Origin: Candidatus Anderseniibacteriota bacterium
GTDB taxonomy: Bacteria > Patescibacteriota > Andersenbacteria > UBA10190
Direction of reading: 5' to 3'
DNA: 64,000 bases
Assembly: GCA_016197005.1 (NCBI GenBank)
Contig: JACPWO010000004.1
Span: 6,305-70,304, forward strand
Part shown: piece by piece, positions 7,996 through 19,224 of the stretch
Layout of the letters: each line of letters starts with the position of its first letter
How positions within the stretch are numbered: the stretch's first letter is position 1
Notes under the pieces: generated by a model
What the model saw: only the letters and a program-made list of their open reading frames with translations
What the model was told of the DNA's origin: nothing
The model's database searches: none
Program-made: the position numbers and the translations under genes

Positions 7996-10314
7996 ATGCC
8001 TGAAAACCGCGAACATATTTCCGTCGAACCTGAAATTCCAGAGGTAGAAGCAAATTCTTTTTTGGGTGGGATAGAAAAAGACAATGAGGATATTGAAATA
8101 TTATCTCATGAACGGGCAAATGAATCGTTGCCAAAAGACGTTGTCAGTGGAGCGCGACGTCAGATTGATATGGTCTATTACAACAAAGACGAAAAATACT
8201 GGCATCGTATGATGAAGGATGATCCTGATTTTTATAAAATCATTCATGAGCCAGGTGCTTACGAGCAACTCCGTCCGATTCAGGGACAATTGGAGTCAGG
8301 TAAAACATTTAATGATTTATTTCGATGGGCGGGGGATTCAGTAGTAGATGGATCAGACCGATGGAACAGAGTTACCGGACTTCGTGCTTTTTCTTTTGGC
8401 TTATTTAAACACGTAAATCCTGACCACAAGAAAGAAGCAGAGCTTACTGCCGACGCTCTTTCATACTCTCGTTTAGCGGATGAAGCGTTTTTAGAAAGTA
8501 ATCGAATACTTGAGAGCGGAAGATGGGAGAGGATTGCAAAGCCGCAAAAGGATGTAAATACATCCAGGGCACTAGACAAAAAAGAAGTTCCATTGGCGAA
8601 ACACATACCAACTCAGGAGCAGACAAAAAAATTGTCGTATCAGCCAGAAGTTTTTCAAAAAGATGAAAAAATTTACAACCCCCGAAAGCCGGAGTCATCT
8701 GAACGGGGGTTAGGTAGGAACGAGAGATGGAAGTTGGGATTCGAAAAATTAAATGGGGACGCAGATCATGATAAGCCAATCGCCGATCGACGAGAGGCTC
8801 TTCGTAAAATATTTGATCCTAAGAGCGGATATGATGATTTACAAAAGGAAACTTGGGCGAGAGCAAGGCAGACATTAGAAAAGCTAGAAGCAAGTCCGGA
8901 TACATCGTCTCTTATGAGACGGAAAATGGATCCTCAGACATTTGCTCGTGCTCAGGAGTTATTGCAGCAAATGGAACAAGGAGAAAAAAGTTTTATTGAT
9001 GTTGTACAAGCTACAGAATCGGTGAGTGATGCCAAAGCATTGCGTTTAATAGGTATGTCTTTCTTGGAAATTGGGTATGGTCAGGCTGGTACAAAAAACT
9101 TTGTGGAACTCCCAGAAATGAATAAAGGGATGGTCAGGGTAGGAGAAATCATTGGTCTTGAAGCAGAAAGAAAAATAATTGAACGTATGGCAAGTGCCGG
9201 AAAGCTGACACCAGACAAAGCAGCTGCCGCTCAAAAAAGATATTTTCAACTAGCAAACAGTGACGATATTCCTCGAGCATTTCAGAAGAGATTTTTAAAT
9301 GTTGAACAAAAATTGCGCGAGAAGTTTAACTTAGGAGAGTTGCATCTTAAAGAAACACAACCACTTCCTGAAGCAGCTGTCTCTGAAGGTGTGTCGCAGT
9401 CTGAATCTGAAACTGTTGCTTCAGAAACTGTGACAGTAGAGCACCTTGAAGCATCCGATGAGCAAATTCGAGAAGCGGTAGCGCCATTCGTAAATGAGCA
9501 ATGGATTCCAAATCAGCAAGGTAGGCAGGAAGTTCAGAATTTTTTGAATGATGTTGGTGAACATATGGAATACGCTATGTACATTACTGATACCAAATCA
9601 TTGCCAGGAAAACTGACGGCCTTGGTTGAAAAGATAGTCCATCGTCCTGCTCTTCATCGAAAAATATTTGGTTGGACAGGAATGGTCCGCTCTATCTTTA
9701 TGCGTAAAGAAGCAAACCGACAAATGGCTCAAGTTCGAGGCTGGGTCTTTAATGTCCTAAAGGGGGCGGAAGCATCTTCGGGTAACCCATTGTGGGGTAA
9801 ATATGCGGAGCTTTTAGCAGAAGCCAATCGTCGTGAGCCGCAGAAGACAACGTTGGATCCTGAGACAGAACAGATAATAGATAAGGGGCAAGAATTAGAA
9901 GCAGAAGTCATGGAAGGCGCATATGAAGCATCGGCCTCAACACCCTTTAACAATTCTACAAACGAAGATGAGATCATTGACTTAGTACAAATTGGAGAAA
10001 AGAAATATGCTCCGGCTGGATATGTTGAAAAAACGTCGGAGCGGAAAGAAGCTAGCTCAAACAATAACGAATCTCGTACTTTCCTGGAAGATCTTGTTGT
10101 GTGGCGAAGGAGTAATCCCAGTGTCGAAAGTTTAGACGCTTGGCGACTTCTAGCTTCGGATGAAGCAGAAAGTAGTTTTCGACAAGCACTGGTGTATGCT
10201 CGAGAACGACTAGGAAGTGAAAATATGGACGAAGAAGAGTTGTGGCGATTAATTGGTCAGCAGGCAGGAGTTATCCGGCGTTCTAAACCAAAGCCAGCTA
10301 AGAAAGCCGCGTAA
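7996..10314 (+). CDS. Large acidic hypothetical protein (772 aa); no family recognised
   Basis: A long ORF with coherent codon usage is present. There are no recognisable catalytic motifs. The protein is highly charged and rich in glutamate and lysine. Confidence 0.5.
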   Translation: MPENREHISVEPEIPEVEANSFLGGIEKDNEDIEILSHERANESLPKDVVSGARRQIDMVYYNKDEKYWHRMMKDDPDFYKIIHEPGAYEQLRPIQGQLESGKTFNDLFRWAGDSVVDGSDRWNRVTGLRAFSFGLFKHVNPDHKKEAELTADALSYSRLADEAFLESNRILESGRWERIAKPQKDVNTSRALDKKEVPLAKHIPTQEQTKKLSYQPEVFQKDEKIYNPRKPESSERGLGRNERWKLGFEKLNGDADHDKPIADRREALRKIFDPKSGYDDLQKETWARARQTLEKLEASPDTSSLMRRKMDPQTFARAQELLQQMEQGEKSFIDVVQATESVSDAKALRLIGMSFLEIGYGQAGTKNFVELPEMNKGMVRVGEIIGLEAERKIIERMASAGKLTPDKAAAAQKRYFQLANSDDIPRAFQKRFLNVEQKLREKFNLGELHLKETQPLPEAAVSEGVSQSESETVASETVTVEHLEASDEQIREAVAPFVNEQWIPNQQGRQEVQNFLNDVGEHMEYAMYITDTKSLPGKLTALVEKIVHRPALHRKIFGWTGMVRSIFMRKEANRQMAQVRGWVFNVLKGAEASSGNPLWGKYAELLAEANRREPQKTTLDPETEQIIDKGQELEAEVMEGAYEASASTPFNNSTNEDEIIDLVQIGEKKYAPAGYVEKTSERKEASSNNNESRTFLEDLVVWRRSNPSVESLDAWRLLASDEAESSFRQALVYARERLGSENMDEEELWRLIGQQAGVIRRSKPKPAKKAA

Positions 10315-10436
10315 ATTTTATGAACTCTTTTGAAATTTCCAGAATTATACGAATCTCCGGAATAGAAATAATTAGAAGAAGTTGATCGATCTCGATCATT
10401 GCTTGTTGCGGAAGGGGCGGTATAGATAGGAAGTAG

Positions 10437-10480
10437 ACAAAAAGAAACCGCGATCTCTCAAGCGAGAAACCGCGGCGAAT
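10437..10480 (-). terminator. Rho-independent terminator for the 10493..10861 gene
   Basis: On the minus strand a nested hairpin CCGCGG-TTTCTC-GC-TTGA-GAGA-T-CGCGG is followed by TTTCTTTTTG. Confidence 0.5.
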
Positions 10481-10492
10481 AAATACAAAAGA

Positions 10493-10861
10493 TCACCTTC
10501 CTTTTTTCCCTCCTAGAAAGTGAACCAAACTGGAGAAAAAGATACTCAGGATATAGGTAGCAAGGGCTACCGGCCAAGCGATCATCGCGGCTGCGGAGAA
10601 AGGTGTTTTCCAGAGCTTTTTCGCGCCCCGGGAAAACATCTTTGATAGTCCTTGGCAAGAACTTTTAGTGTATCGCTTAATTGCCTTTGCCCACCAAAAC
10701 GGTGAAGCGCCGAATGGATAGAATAAGACACCAATCGCAGTAGCGATAACCGCGAGTACGAGTAAATACTGCAGGAGGTTGCCCTCCATAGTGACCTCCG
10801 TTGTGAAAGAACGATCGAAACTGTAACTTACAATATAAGCACATTTTAATGTAAAAGTCAA
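10493..10861 (-). CDS. Small integral membrane protein (2-3 TM), hypothetical
   Basis: The sequence has hydrophobic helices (LLVLAVIATAIGVLFY; MIAWPVALATYILSIFFSSLV). A terminator lies downstream. Confidence 0.45.
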   Translation of the reverse strand: MTFTLKCAYIVSYSFDRSFTTEVTMEGNLLQYLLVLAVIATAIGVLFYPFGASPFWWAKAIKRYTKSSCQGLSKMFSRGAKKLWKTPFSAAAMIAWPVALATYILSIFFSSLVHFLGGKKGR

Positions 10862-10931
10862 TTAAAGGGGTGTGGGAGCCTCTTATAGTGTGGTTTTAGA
10901 GCTCCTTTATTGATCGTGATATACTGCAGCC

Positions 10932-11408
10932 ATGCCTTCACAAGAGCGCCCTCCGCAGGAGCGCGAGACGCTTTTATTTGATAATCCCGAAGCCGCGAAC
11001 ACCTTTCGCGAGCGCGTTGAACGACGAACTACTGCCGAAGAAAGGCCTGGCGTAAAAAATCGACGAGAAGTCGTGGCTGACGAGGTGGCTAATGAATTTC
11101 AAAAACAAGGAGAGTCGGCCACCTCCTTACATCAGCCGTGGGAGCACACTCCAGCGGAACATGAAGAAGTCCAAGACCTGGTGAATGTTACTTTCTCTCA
11201 GGATTTAAAGGCAGCTCTTACAAAAGCGCGACGTAGTTCCAATTATCCTCGTAATGTGGATTTGCTTCATGACGTGCTGACGTCAGAGATGTATCAGCTT
11301 ATGCAGCAACAAGAAATAAACAAGCAATCACTGTCGGGCTGGTTTATGGGTGTCTTAGTAACTGTGCTTATCGTATTGCTTGGTATTCTTTTACTCTTCT
11401 TGTTATGA
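10932..11408 (+). CDS. Hypothetical protein with a C-terminal tail-anchor TM helix
   Basis: 158 aa. The N-terminal region is charged and the C-terminus reads GWFMGVLVTVLIVLLGILLLFLL. The stop codon overlaps the start of the downstream ATPase gene (ATGA). Confidence 0.45.
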   Translation: MPSQERPPQERETLLFDNPEAANTFRERVERRTTAEERPGVKNRREVVADEVANEFQKQGESATSLHQPWEHTPAEHEEVQDLVNVTFSQDLKAALTKARRSSNYPRNVDLLHDVLTSEMYQLMQQQEINKQSLSGWFMGVLVTVLIVLLGILLLFLL

Positions 11409-13894
11409 GCTTACTACTCGCCTTTTTCTTAAGTTTTATCTTGGCAGCTGTCGGTACCACAATAATCTTTATTATTTGGCAGACACTAAAAGAGCAGGCC
11501 CGTCTTCGCCGTACCCTGGATGTGGCAATGTTACAAGTATTGTTACCGAAAGATATAGATAAGGACCGGGGTGAAAAAGAAGGGGAAGCTACAGACGCAG
11601 TAAAAGAGAAAATTAGTGTAGGCGAGCAGTTTCTTTCTACTCTTTCCAATTTACCAACAACCTGGAAGGATCAGCTGCTGTATGGTCAGCCTATTATTGT
11701 TTTTGAAATCATTGCGAAGAATGATGACACGATTGTTTTTTATGCTGGAACTGAACGACGCTATCTCGATCATTTAGAGAAACAGATTTACGCCCATTAT
11801 CCAGATGCTGAAGTAACACCAGCGCCGGACTATACAATTTTTGAAGAAGCTGACAATATTCGCACCGGTGTTCTAAAGTTGCGACGGCCCGAACATCTAC
11901 CGATTGCTACGTATCTTGAGTTAGAGGCAGATCCTATGCAGGCATTAACAGGAGCGTTGGCAAAAATTCAGAATAGGGATTCGGCAGTGGTGCAGTATAT
12001 TTTGCAGCCGGCCGGAGAAAAAGCACGTCGCAAAGCAGGTAAGGCTGCTCGCCGTACGGTACGCGGTCGGCAAGCAGATATTGGTTCTTCCGGTGGACTC
12101 ATGCACGTCGCTGGGGGGCTCATGAAAGACAAAGAAGCAAAAGATCGCAGCCGGCAAGAAGGCAGTCAGCTGACTGGTCGGATGCAGCAGCGGGTAGAGC
12201 TTACCGAAAACAAATCTGCTCAACAGCAGTTTAGTGTGAATATTCGGATTGGTGTTTCCTGTCGACAGCCGGAAGAAACAGAGCGCGTCTTTAACTCTGT
12301 TGCTGCTGCTTTCTCACAATATGATATGCCAGATCTTAATGGCCTCAAGTTATCGGTACCAAAGAATAACCGAACGTTTTTAAATGATTTCATTTTTCGT
12401 GTTCCTCGTCCTAAAGGAGCTAGTACTCTTTCCACCACTGAAATTGCTTCCCTGTTCCACTTCCCTCTTCCCACAACAGCTACGCCGAATATTTTATGGC
12501 GAGGCGCTAAAACCGCTCCTGCCCCAACTGATTTAGGCAGTGAAGGCGTGGTACTCGGAACAAATCTCTACCGTGGTATTGAAACGCCAATCCACTTCGC
12601 TCGAGAAGATCGTCGACGACATATGTACTTAATTGGTCAGACCGGAACCGGTAAGACCACAATGTTTCTGAATATGATTGTGCAGGATATTAAAGCGGGT
12701 GAAGGAGTCGGCGTCGTTGATCCGCACGGCGATTTAATTGAAGATATTTTGCTTCATATTCCGCCTGAGCGACAGCAAGATGTTATTTTATTTGATCCGC
12801 GCGATCGTGATTTCCCGGTTGGGTTTAACATGCTGGAAGTACAAGATGAGGCGCAAAAAGACTTAGTCGTAAACGAAGTGGTGGAAATTCTGCAGAAGCT
12901 AGCTGCTCGTCTTAATCCGGAGTCAATTGGACCGATGTTTGAACACTACTTGCGGAATGCACTGCTAGCACTAGTGGAGGATCCAAACAGCACGCTCATT
13001 GATGTACCGCGTATGTTCGTTGATGAGCCGTTTCGCACACAGATTTTGACGCGTCTTTCTAACCCCGTTGTAAAACAATTTTGGGAACAAGAATTTAAGC
13101 AAAGTCAGCGGGGTCAGATGTCAGCGGACATGCTCTCCTACGTTATTAGTAAACTTGGTCGCTTTATTGGCAACGAAACTGTTCGTAATTTAATTGGCCA
13201 AGCGCACTCTTCTTTTGATGTTCGAAAAATAATGGATGAGAAGAAAATTTTACTGTGCAATCTTTCCAAGGGACAACTCGGAGATATTAATTCTGACTTA
13301 CTTGGCTTTGTGCTCGTGTCTAAAATTCAGATTGCTGCTTTAGGTCGAGCAAATGTTCCAGCTGAACAGCGTCCTGACTTTTATTTGTATCTCGATGAAT
13401 TCCAAAACTTTACGACTGATAGCATTGCCACCATTTTGTCCGAAGCGCGTAAGTACCGGCTTAATCTCAATCTCACACATCAGTTCGTGAAACAGCTCGA
13501 TGACAAAATTAAAGAAGCAGTTTTTGGTAACGTTGGTACGATTGCTTCTTACCGCATCGGTGTTGATGACGCGGAATATTTAGCGGAACAATTTAAGCCG
13601 GTCTTTGCCGAGTATGACCTCCTAAACTTAAAGCGATTTACCGCCGTAGTACGATTACTCATGAATCAGACTCCGCAGCGCCCGTTTAGTTTGGCGGTGG
13701 CCAGCCCTCCTGCCGGCGGGGACGTTGAAGGAAGAGAAGCCGTGCGTGCCCTTTCTCGGCAGAAGTATGGACGGAATAAGGCAGATGTTGAGGCCGAAAT
13801 TTTGGAACGATTTAAAATGGGAAGCCCGGATAAACCGGTTGTTGCCCCTCCGAAGGGTGATTATTTGGGAGAATCGCTTTTCGATATTGGGTAA
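11405..13894 (+). CDS. Membrane-anchored P-loop ATPase of the VirD4/TraD/TraG (type IV coupling protein-like) family
   Basis: An N-terminal TM helix is present. The Walker A motif GQTGTGKTT is followed by VVDPHGDL, resembling the TrwB/VirD4 IVDPKGEL motif. A Walker B-like motif YLYLDEFQNF is present. Confidence 0.55.
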   Translation: MSLLLAFFLSFILAAVGTTIIFIIWQTLKEQARLRRTLDVAMLQVLLPKDIDKDRGEKEGEATDAVKEKISVGEQFLSTLSNLPTTWKDQLLYGQPIIVFEIIAKNDDTIVFYAGTERRYLDHLEKQIYAHYPDAEVTPAPDYTIFEEADNIRTGVLKLRRPEHLPIATYLELEADPMQALTGALAKIQNRDSAVVQYILQPAGEKARRKAGKAARRTVRGRQADIGSSGGLMHVAGGLMKDKEAKDRSRQEGSQLTGRMQQRVELTENKSAQQQFSVNIRIGVSCRQPEETERVFNSVAAAFSQYDMPDLNGLKLSVPKNNRTFLNDFIFRVPRPKGASTLSTTEIASLFHFPLPTTATPNILWRGAKTAPAPTDLGSEGVVLGTNLYRGIETPIHFAREDRRRHMYLIGQTGTGKTTMFLNMIVQDIKAGEGVGVVDPHGDLIEDILLHIPPERQQDVILFDPRDRDFPVGFNMLEVQDEAQKDLVVNEVVEILQKLAARLNPESIGPMFEHYLRNALLALVEDPNSTLIDVPRMFVDEPFRTQILTRLSNPVVKQFWEQEFKQSQRGQMSADMLSYVISKLGRFIGNETVRNLIGQAHSSFDVRKIMDEKKILLCNLSKGQLGDINSDLLGFVLVSKIQIAALGRANVPAEQRPDFYLYLDEFQNFTTDSIATILSEARKYRLNLNLTHQFVKQLDDKIKEAVFGNVGTIASYRIGVDDAEYLAEQFKPVFAEYDLLNLKRFTAVVRLLMNQTPQRPFSLAVASPPAGGDVEGREAVRALSRQKYGRNKADVEAEILERFKMGSPDKPVVAPPKGDYLGESLFDIG

Positions 13895-13933
13895 GGTAGT
13901 ATGAAGACCATTATCATTAGCTAACCAAACAAT

Positions 13934-15151
13934 ATGTCCGATAACATCCCGTCCAGCGGCCAAGAACAGAAGCCGCAAGTTCATCTCAACACAACTCCTC
14001 CTGTACCAATGAGCGGTGTTTCTCTTGGCGGTGGACCAAAGTGGTATCAGAATAAAAAAACATTGGGTCTCATTGGCGGTATCGTCGCCTTGCTGATTGT
14101 TATTGGCTTAGGTGTCTATGCCGCTATGCGCCCAACTCAGCAAGATCCATTAGTAGAAGACGATGACAAAGGAATCTTCGGACAACTTTCGGGAGCGGGT
14201 GATCGCGAAGAAGATGCGGTTCGAGATATCAGCGGACTTTCCGGTATGAAATGTGAGCATCCAACTCGTCGCCCTATCGGCGTTATGCTGGCTGGTGATC
14301 CGATTAATCGTCCTATCTCTGGCTTCGCCAAAGCAGACCTGGTCTTGGAAATGCCGGTACTAACATCTGATGTCACTCGTCTGACCGCATTCTATCAGTG
14401 TGGTGAACCGACCGATATCGGCTCTGTTCGTTCCGCTCGTCATGACTACTTGTTTATGGCTGAAGGTTTCGATGCCATACTTGGCCATTGGGGTGGTAGT
14501 TACCACGCGCTCAACCGTATTGCCGCTGGTGAATTTCAAACAATCAATGCGTTAACAAATCCGTACAATGCGTTCTTCCGCAAAAATACCTTGCCCGCGC
14601 CGTACAATGGATTTACTACATATGAACGGCTCTGGAACGCATTGTCTCAGTTGGGGTATCGCCAAGAAACAAAATTCAAAGGATATGAATTTAAAGATGA
14701 TGCCGCCGCAGCCGAGCGAGGCACTACTGGCACACTCACTATCGGTTGGCCGGGACAGTTTCGGGTAAGTTATGAATATGATCCAGCGACCAATAGATAT
14801 CAGCGCTTTTGGGCCGGAGTAAAGGTGGTTGATGGTGAGGACAACACGACGCCAGTTGCTCCAAGTGTGGTTGCTATCATGCGGGCAGAAAACCAGTTAG
14901 CTGATGGACCGGGTGGATATAACGAAATGGCAATTGAAGGAGAGGGTCCAGCCGTTGTTTACCAAGACGGCAAAGAAATTAAAGGTACCTGGAAAAAGAA
15001 TGTGTTATTTAAAAATGACCCAGTTCACTTTATGAACGAGAGCGGTAATGAAATTACCTTCACGCGCGGACAAGTTTGGATTATGGCGGTAGAGCCGAGT
15101 ATTGCCGTAACGTGGGAATCAGCAGCAACGACCGCTCCAGTCACGCCATAA
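13934..15151 (+). CDS. DUF3048 (YerB-like) family exported or membrane-anchored protein
   Basis: A TM/signal-anchor helix lies around aa 45-65. The motif RRPIGVMLAGDPINRPISGFAKADLVLEMPV...TRLTAFYQ resembles the N-terminal domain of Bacillus YerB (DUF3048). Confidence 0.45.
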   Translation: MSDNIPSSGQEQKPQVHLNTTPPVPMSGVSLGGGPKWYQNKKTLGLIGGIVALLIVIGLGVYAAMRPTQQDPLVEDDDKGIFGQLSGAGDREEDAVRDISGLSGMKCEHPTRRPIGVMLAGDPINRPISGFAKADLVLEMPVLTSDVTRLTAFYQCGEPTDIGSVRSARHDYLFMAEGFDAILGHWGGSYHALNRIAAGEFQTINALTNPYNAFFRKNTLPAPYNGFTTYERLWNALSQLGYRQETKFKGYEFKDDAAAAERGTTGTLTIGWPGQFRVSYEYDPATNRYQRFWAGVKVVDGEDNTTPVAPSVVAIMRAENQLADGPGGYNEMAIEGEGPAVVYQDGKEIKGTWKKNVLFKNDPVHFMNESGNEITFTRGQVWIMAVEPSIAVTWESAATTAPVTP

Positions 15152-15155
15152 CTAT

Positions 15156-16043
15156 ATGAATTACTTCTACGGACCGGATACGTTCGGTGCGCGGGAGGAA
15201 ATAGGGCGTATCGGACAAAAAAACTCACTGGCTATCCATTGGCTTGATCGCCAGCAGTTTGAAGAAAAATCTCTGACTGAGTGGTTGGATAATGCCACCT
15301 CGGGGCTCTTTGGCGGTGAGTTACCAGTAGTACGTGATAGTTGTGAGATGCCCAAGGCCTTTCAAGAACAGATTATTGCCGCTGTAAAAAGTAAGCGCAC
15401 AGCCCATTGGATTGTATGGGATAGGCAGAAGCCGGATAAACGAACGGAATACTTTAAGTTTCTTAAAAAATACGCTCAGGAGTTTCCGGCTTTATCAGAA
15501 ATGGAGCTGAGTGCCTGGCTTGGTAAAATTGGGAAAATCGACAAAGCTGGTGCGCGCGAGCTGGTCATGCGAGTTGGCACCGACCGTTTTAGTCTTCAGA
15601 ACGAGTTGGCTCGTCTTAACCTTACTCACGAACCGACCACCTTCGCCAATGTGCAGGCCGAAGTGCCGAGAAGAGATATGCCTGAAGAAATATTCGGTGC
15701 ACTTGACGCACTGTCGAGTGGAAATACTGCGCAAGCGCTTACACTTATTGAAAAACAACTAGCGGCAGGTGAGAGTGAGCTCTATGTGCTGTCTATGCTC
15801 GCCTACCAATTCAAAACACTGCTGGCTATAAAGACAAACCAAACGAAAGGATTACACCCATTCGTAGTAGAAAAGAATCAACCGGCTGTTCGAAGATTTT
15901 CAGTCGGTGGTTTGCAGGAGGCTCTAACTAAAATAATGGCCACTGACTTTGCCATTAAACAAGGAAAAATCGATGCTCGAACGGGACTTATGATGCTTAT
16001 TATGGGTCTGGTGCCGCAGACTCAAAAAAACCGAGTCTTGTAG
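15156..16043 (+). CDS. holA: DNA polymerase III subunit delta
   Basis: The N-terminus reads YFYGPDTFGAREEI. The region IFGALDALSSGNTAQALTLIEKQLAAGESELYVLSMLAYQFKTLL matches the C-terminal domain pattern of HolA. Confidence 0.7.
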   Translation: MNYFYGPDTFGAREEIGRIGQKNSLAIHWLDRQQFEEKSLTEWLDNATSGLFGGELPVVRDSCEMPKAFQEQIIAAVKSKRTAHWIVWDRQKPDKRTEYFKFLKKYAQEFPALSEMELSAWLGKIGKIDKAGARELVMRVGTDRFSLQNELARLNLTHEPTTFANVQAEVPRRDMPEEIFGALDALSSGNTAQALTLIEKQLAAGESELYVLSMLAYQFKTLLAIKTNQTKGLHPFVVEKNQPAVRRFSVGGLQEALTKIMATDFAIKQGKIDARTGLMMLIMGLVPQTQKNRVL

Positions 16044-16051
16044 AATCGGTT

Positions 16052-16318
16052 TTATTTTGCAATCTTGGCGAGTGCTTTTGCTAGGCGAGACTTCTTACGA
16101 GCCGCTTTATTGGGGTGAATGATATGACGACGGGCCGCAGCATCGAGAAGACTAGAAACAGCAATAAAAGACTTTTCCGCCTCCTTCTTATCTCCAGCGG
16201 TTGAAGCGACACGCAGCGCTTTCATTCCAGCGCGCAGATTTTTGCGCCAACGGTCGTTATACATCCGTCGATGTTTGTCCTGACGAAGTGCTTTTTTGGC
16301 TTGATCGAGCTGTGGCAT
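16052..16318 (-). CDS. rpsT: 30S ribosomal protein S20
   Basis: The segment ...KKALRQDKHRRMYNDRWRKNLRAGMKALR...HPNKAARKKSRLAKALAKIAK is S20-like. The start was placed at the internal Met (MPQLDQAKK), giving 88 aa; the ORF track's upstream Met adds 20 unrelated residues. Confidence 0.8.
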   Translation of the reverse strand: MPQLDQAKKALRQDKHRRMYNDRWRKNLRAGMKALRVASTAGDKKEAEKSFIAVSSLLDAAARRHIIHPNKAARKKSRLAKALAKIAK

Positions 16319-16467
16319 TTGAAGTGGTGAGTTATTAACTTGTGAATAGAGAGTAGAAGAAAAGGGAAATAAAAGCAAGAAAAGGCGGCATTTGTCGGCT
16401 AAGATGGGGAGAAGTCCTTAAAGAATTGAGGATGAGCTTCGAGGTATTGTTACCGCGACGTTTCGTA

Positions 16468-18317
<1,850 letters not shown>

Positions 18318-18321
18318 TATG

Positions 18322-19224
18322 AATGTCATCATAACCGGCGGACGAGGTTTCGTCGGTAGTTGGTTGCAGCAGGAATTTTCTCAGGCATGGCCCCAAGCTC
18401 GGGTTGAATCATGGGATTTACCGCAGGTAGATATTACGAAGCCAGAGACGTATGAGAGTAAACTTACAGCCCTTTTACCTGACTGGATCGTGCACTTAGC
18501 TGCTATTGCCTCAGTACCAGCTGCAAATAAAAATCCTCAGCTGGTAGAGCAGGTCAACGTAGGTGGGACTGAGCAACTGCTTTCCGCTGTACAAAGGCTC
18601 AAGCTACCGACAAAAGTTTTATTTACCAGCACAGCTGATATTTATGGGAAAGCCGTTCATACCGCTGCGGGAAAGCCCCTTCTTGAACTTCCACTAGCTG
18701 AGGCTCGACCTAGTAATCCCTATGCCCAAAGTAAGTATAAGGCGGAGCAGTTGATTGAAGAGCAATTTAAAGATTTTGTGCTCCGAGTGCGCCCATTTCC
18801 CCATATTGGTCCCGGTCAAGGAGTAGGGTTTGTCACAGCAGATTTTGCTTCCCAAATTGCAGCCATTGAAAAAGGAAATCAAGCCGCAGTACTAAAGGTT
18901 GGTAACTTATCTGCCGAGCGAGATTTTACAGACGTACGGGATGTGGTGCGAGCCTATCGTCTTCTGATGGAACAAGGGAAAACCGGGGAGGTATACCATG
19001 TTGCTTCTGGAGTGGGTACTTCAATTCAAAATATCTTGGATCAGCTACTTTCGGAGGCTTCGGTAGATATTTCCGTTGAAGAAGATAAAGAAAAAATGAG
19101 AGCAGCCGATACCCCAGTCTTAGTCGGCAATGCCCAGAAACTGCGTGATCTTACCGGCTGGCAGCCAGAAATTACCCTTCAGCAAAGTCTGCAAGAAATT
19201 TTAGACTGGTGGCGCGCTCGTTAG
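18322..19224 (+). CDS. rmd: GDP-4-keto-6-deoxy-D-mannose reductase (Rmd-type); GDP-D-rhamnose pathway with gmd
   Basis: The N-terminus reads MNVIITGGRGFVGSWL. The motif PFPHIGPGQGVGFVTADFASQIAAIEKG...LKVGNLSAERDFTDVRDVVRAY is characteristic of Rmd. The gene follows gmd directly. Confidence 0.7.
   Translation, partial: NVIITGGRGFVGSWLQQEFSQAWPQARVESWDLPQVDITKPETYESKLTALLPDWIVHLAAIASVPAANKNPQLVEQVNVGGTEQLLSAVQRLKLPTKVLFTSTADIYGKAVHTAAGKPLLELPLAEARPSNPYAQSKYKAEQLIEEQFKDFVLRVRPFPHIGPGQGVGFVTADFASQIAAIEKGNQAAVLKVGNLSAERDFTDVRDVVRAYRLLMEQGKTGEVYHVASGVGTSIQNILDQLLSEASVDISVEEDKEKMRAADTPVLVGNAQKLRDLTGWQPEITLQQSLQEILDWWRAR

Noticed and set aside
10458-10658. 66-aa minus ORF overlapping the small membrane protein gene and the terminator
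   Set aside because: It is out of frame with the better-supported 10493..10861 ORF and runs through the terminator hairpin.
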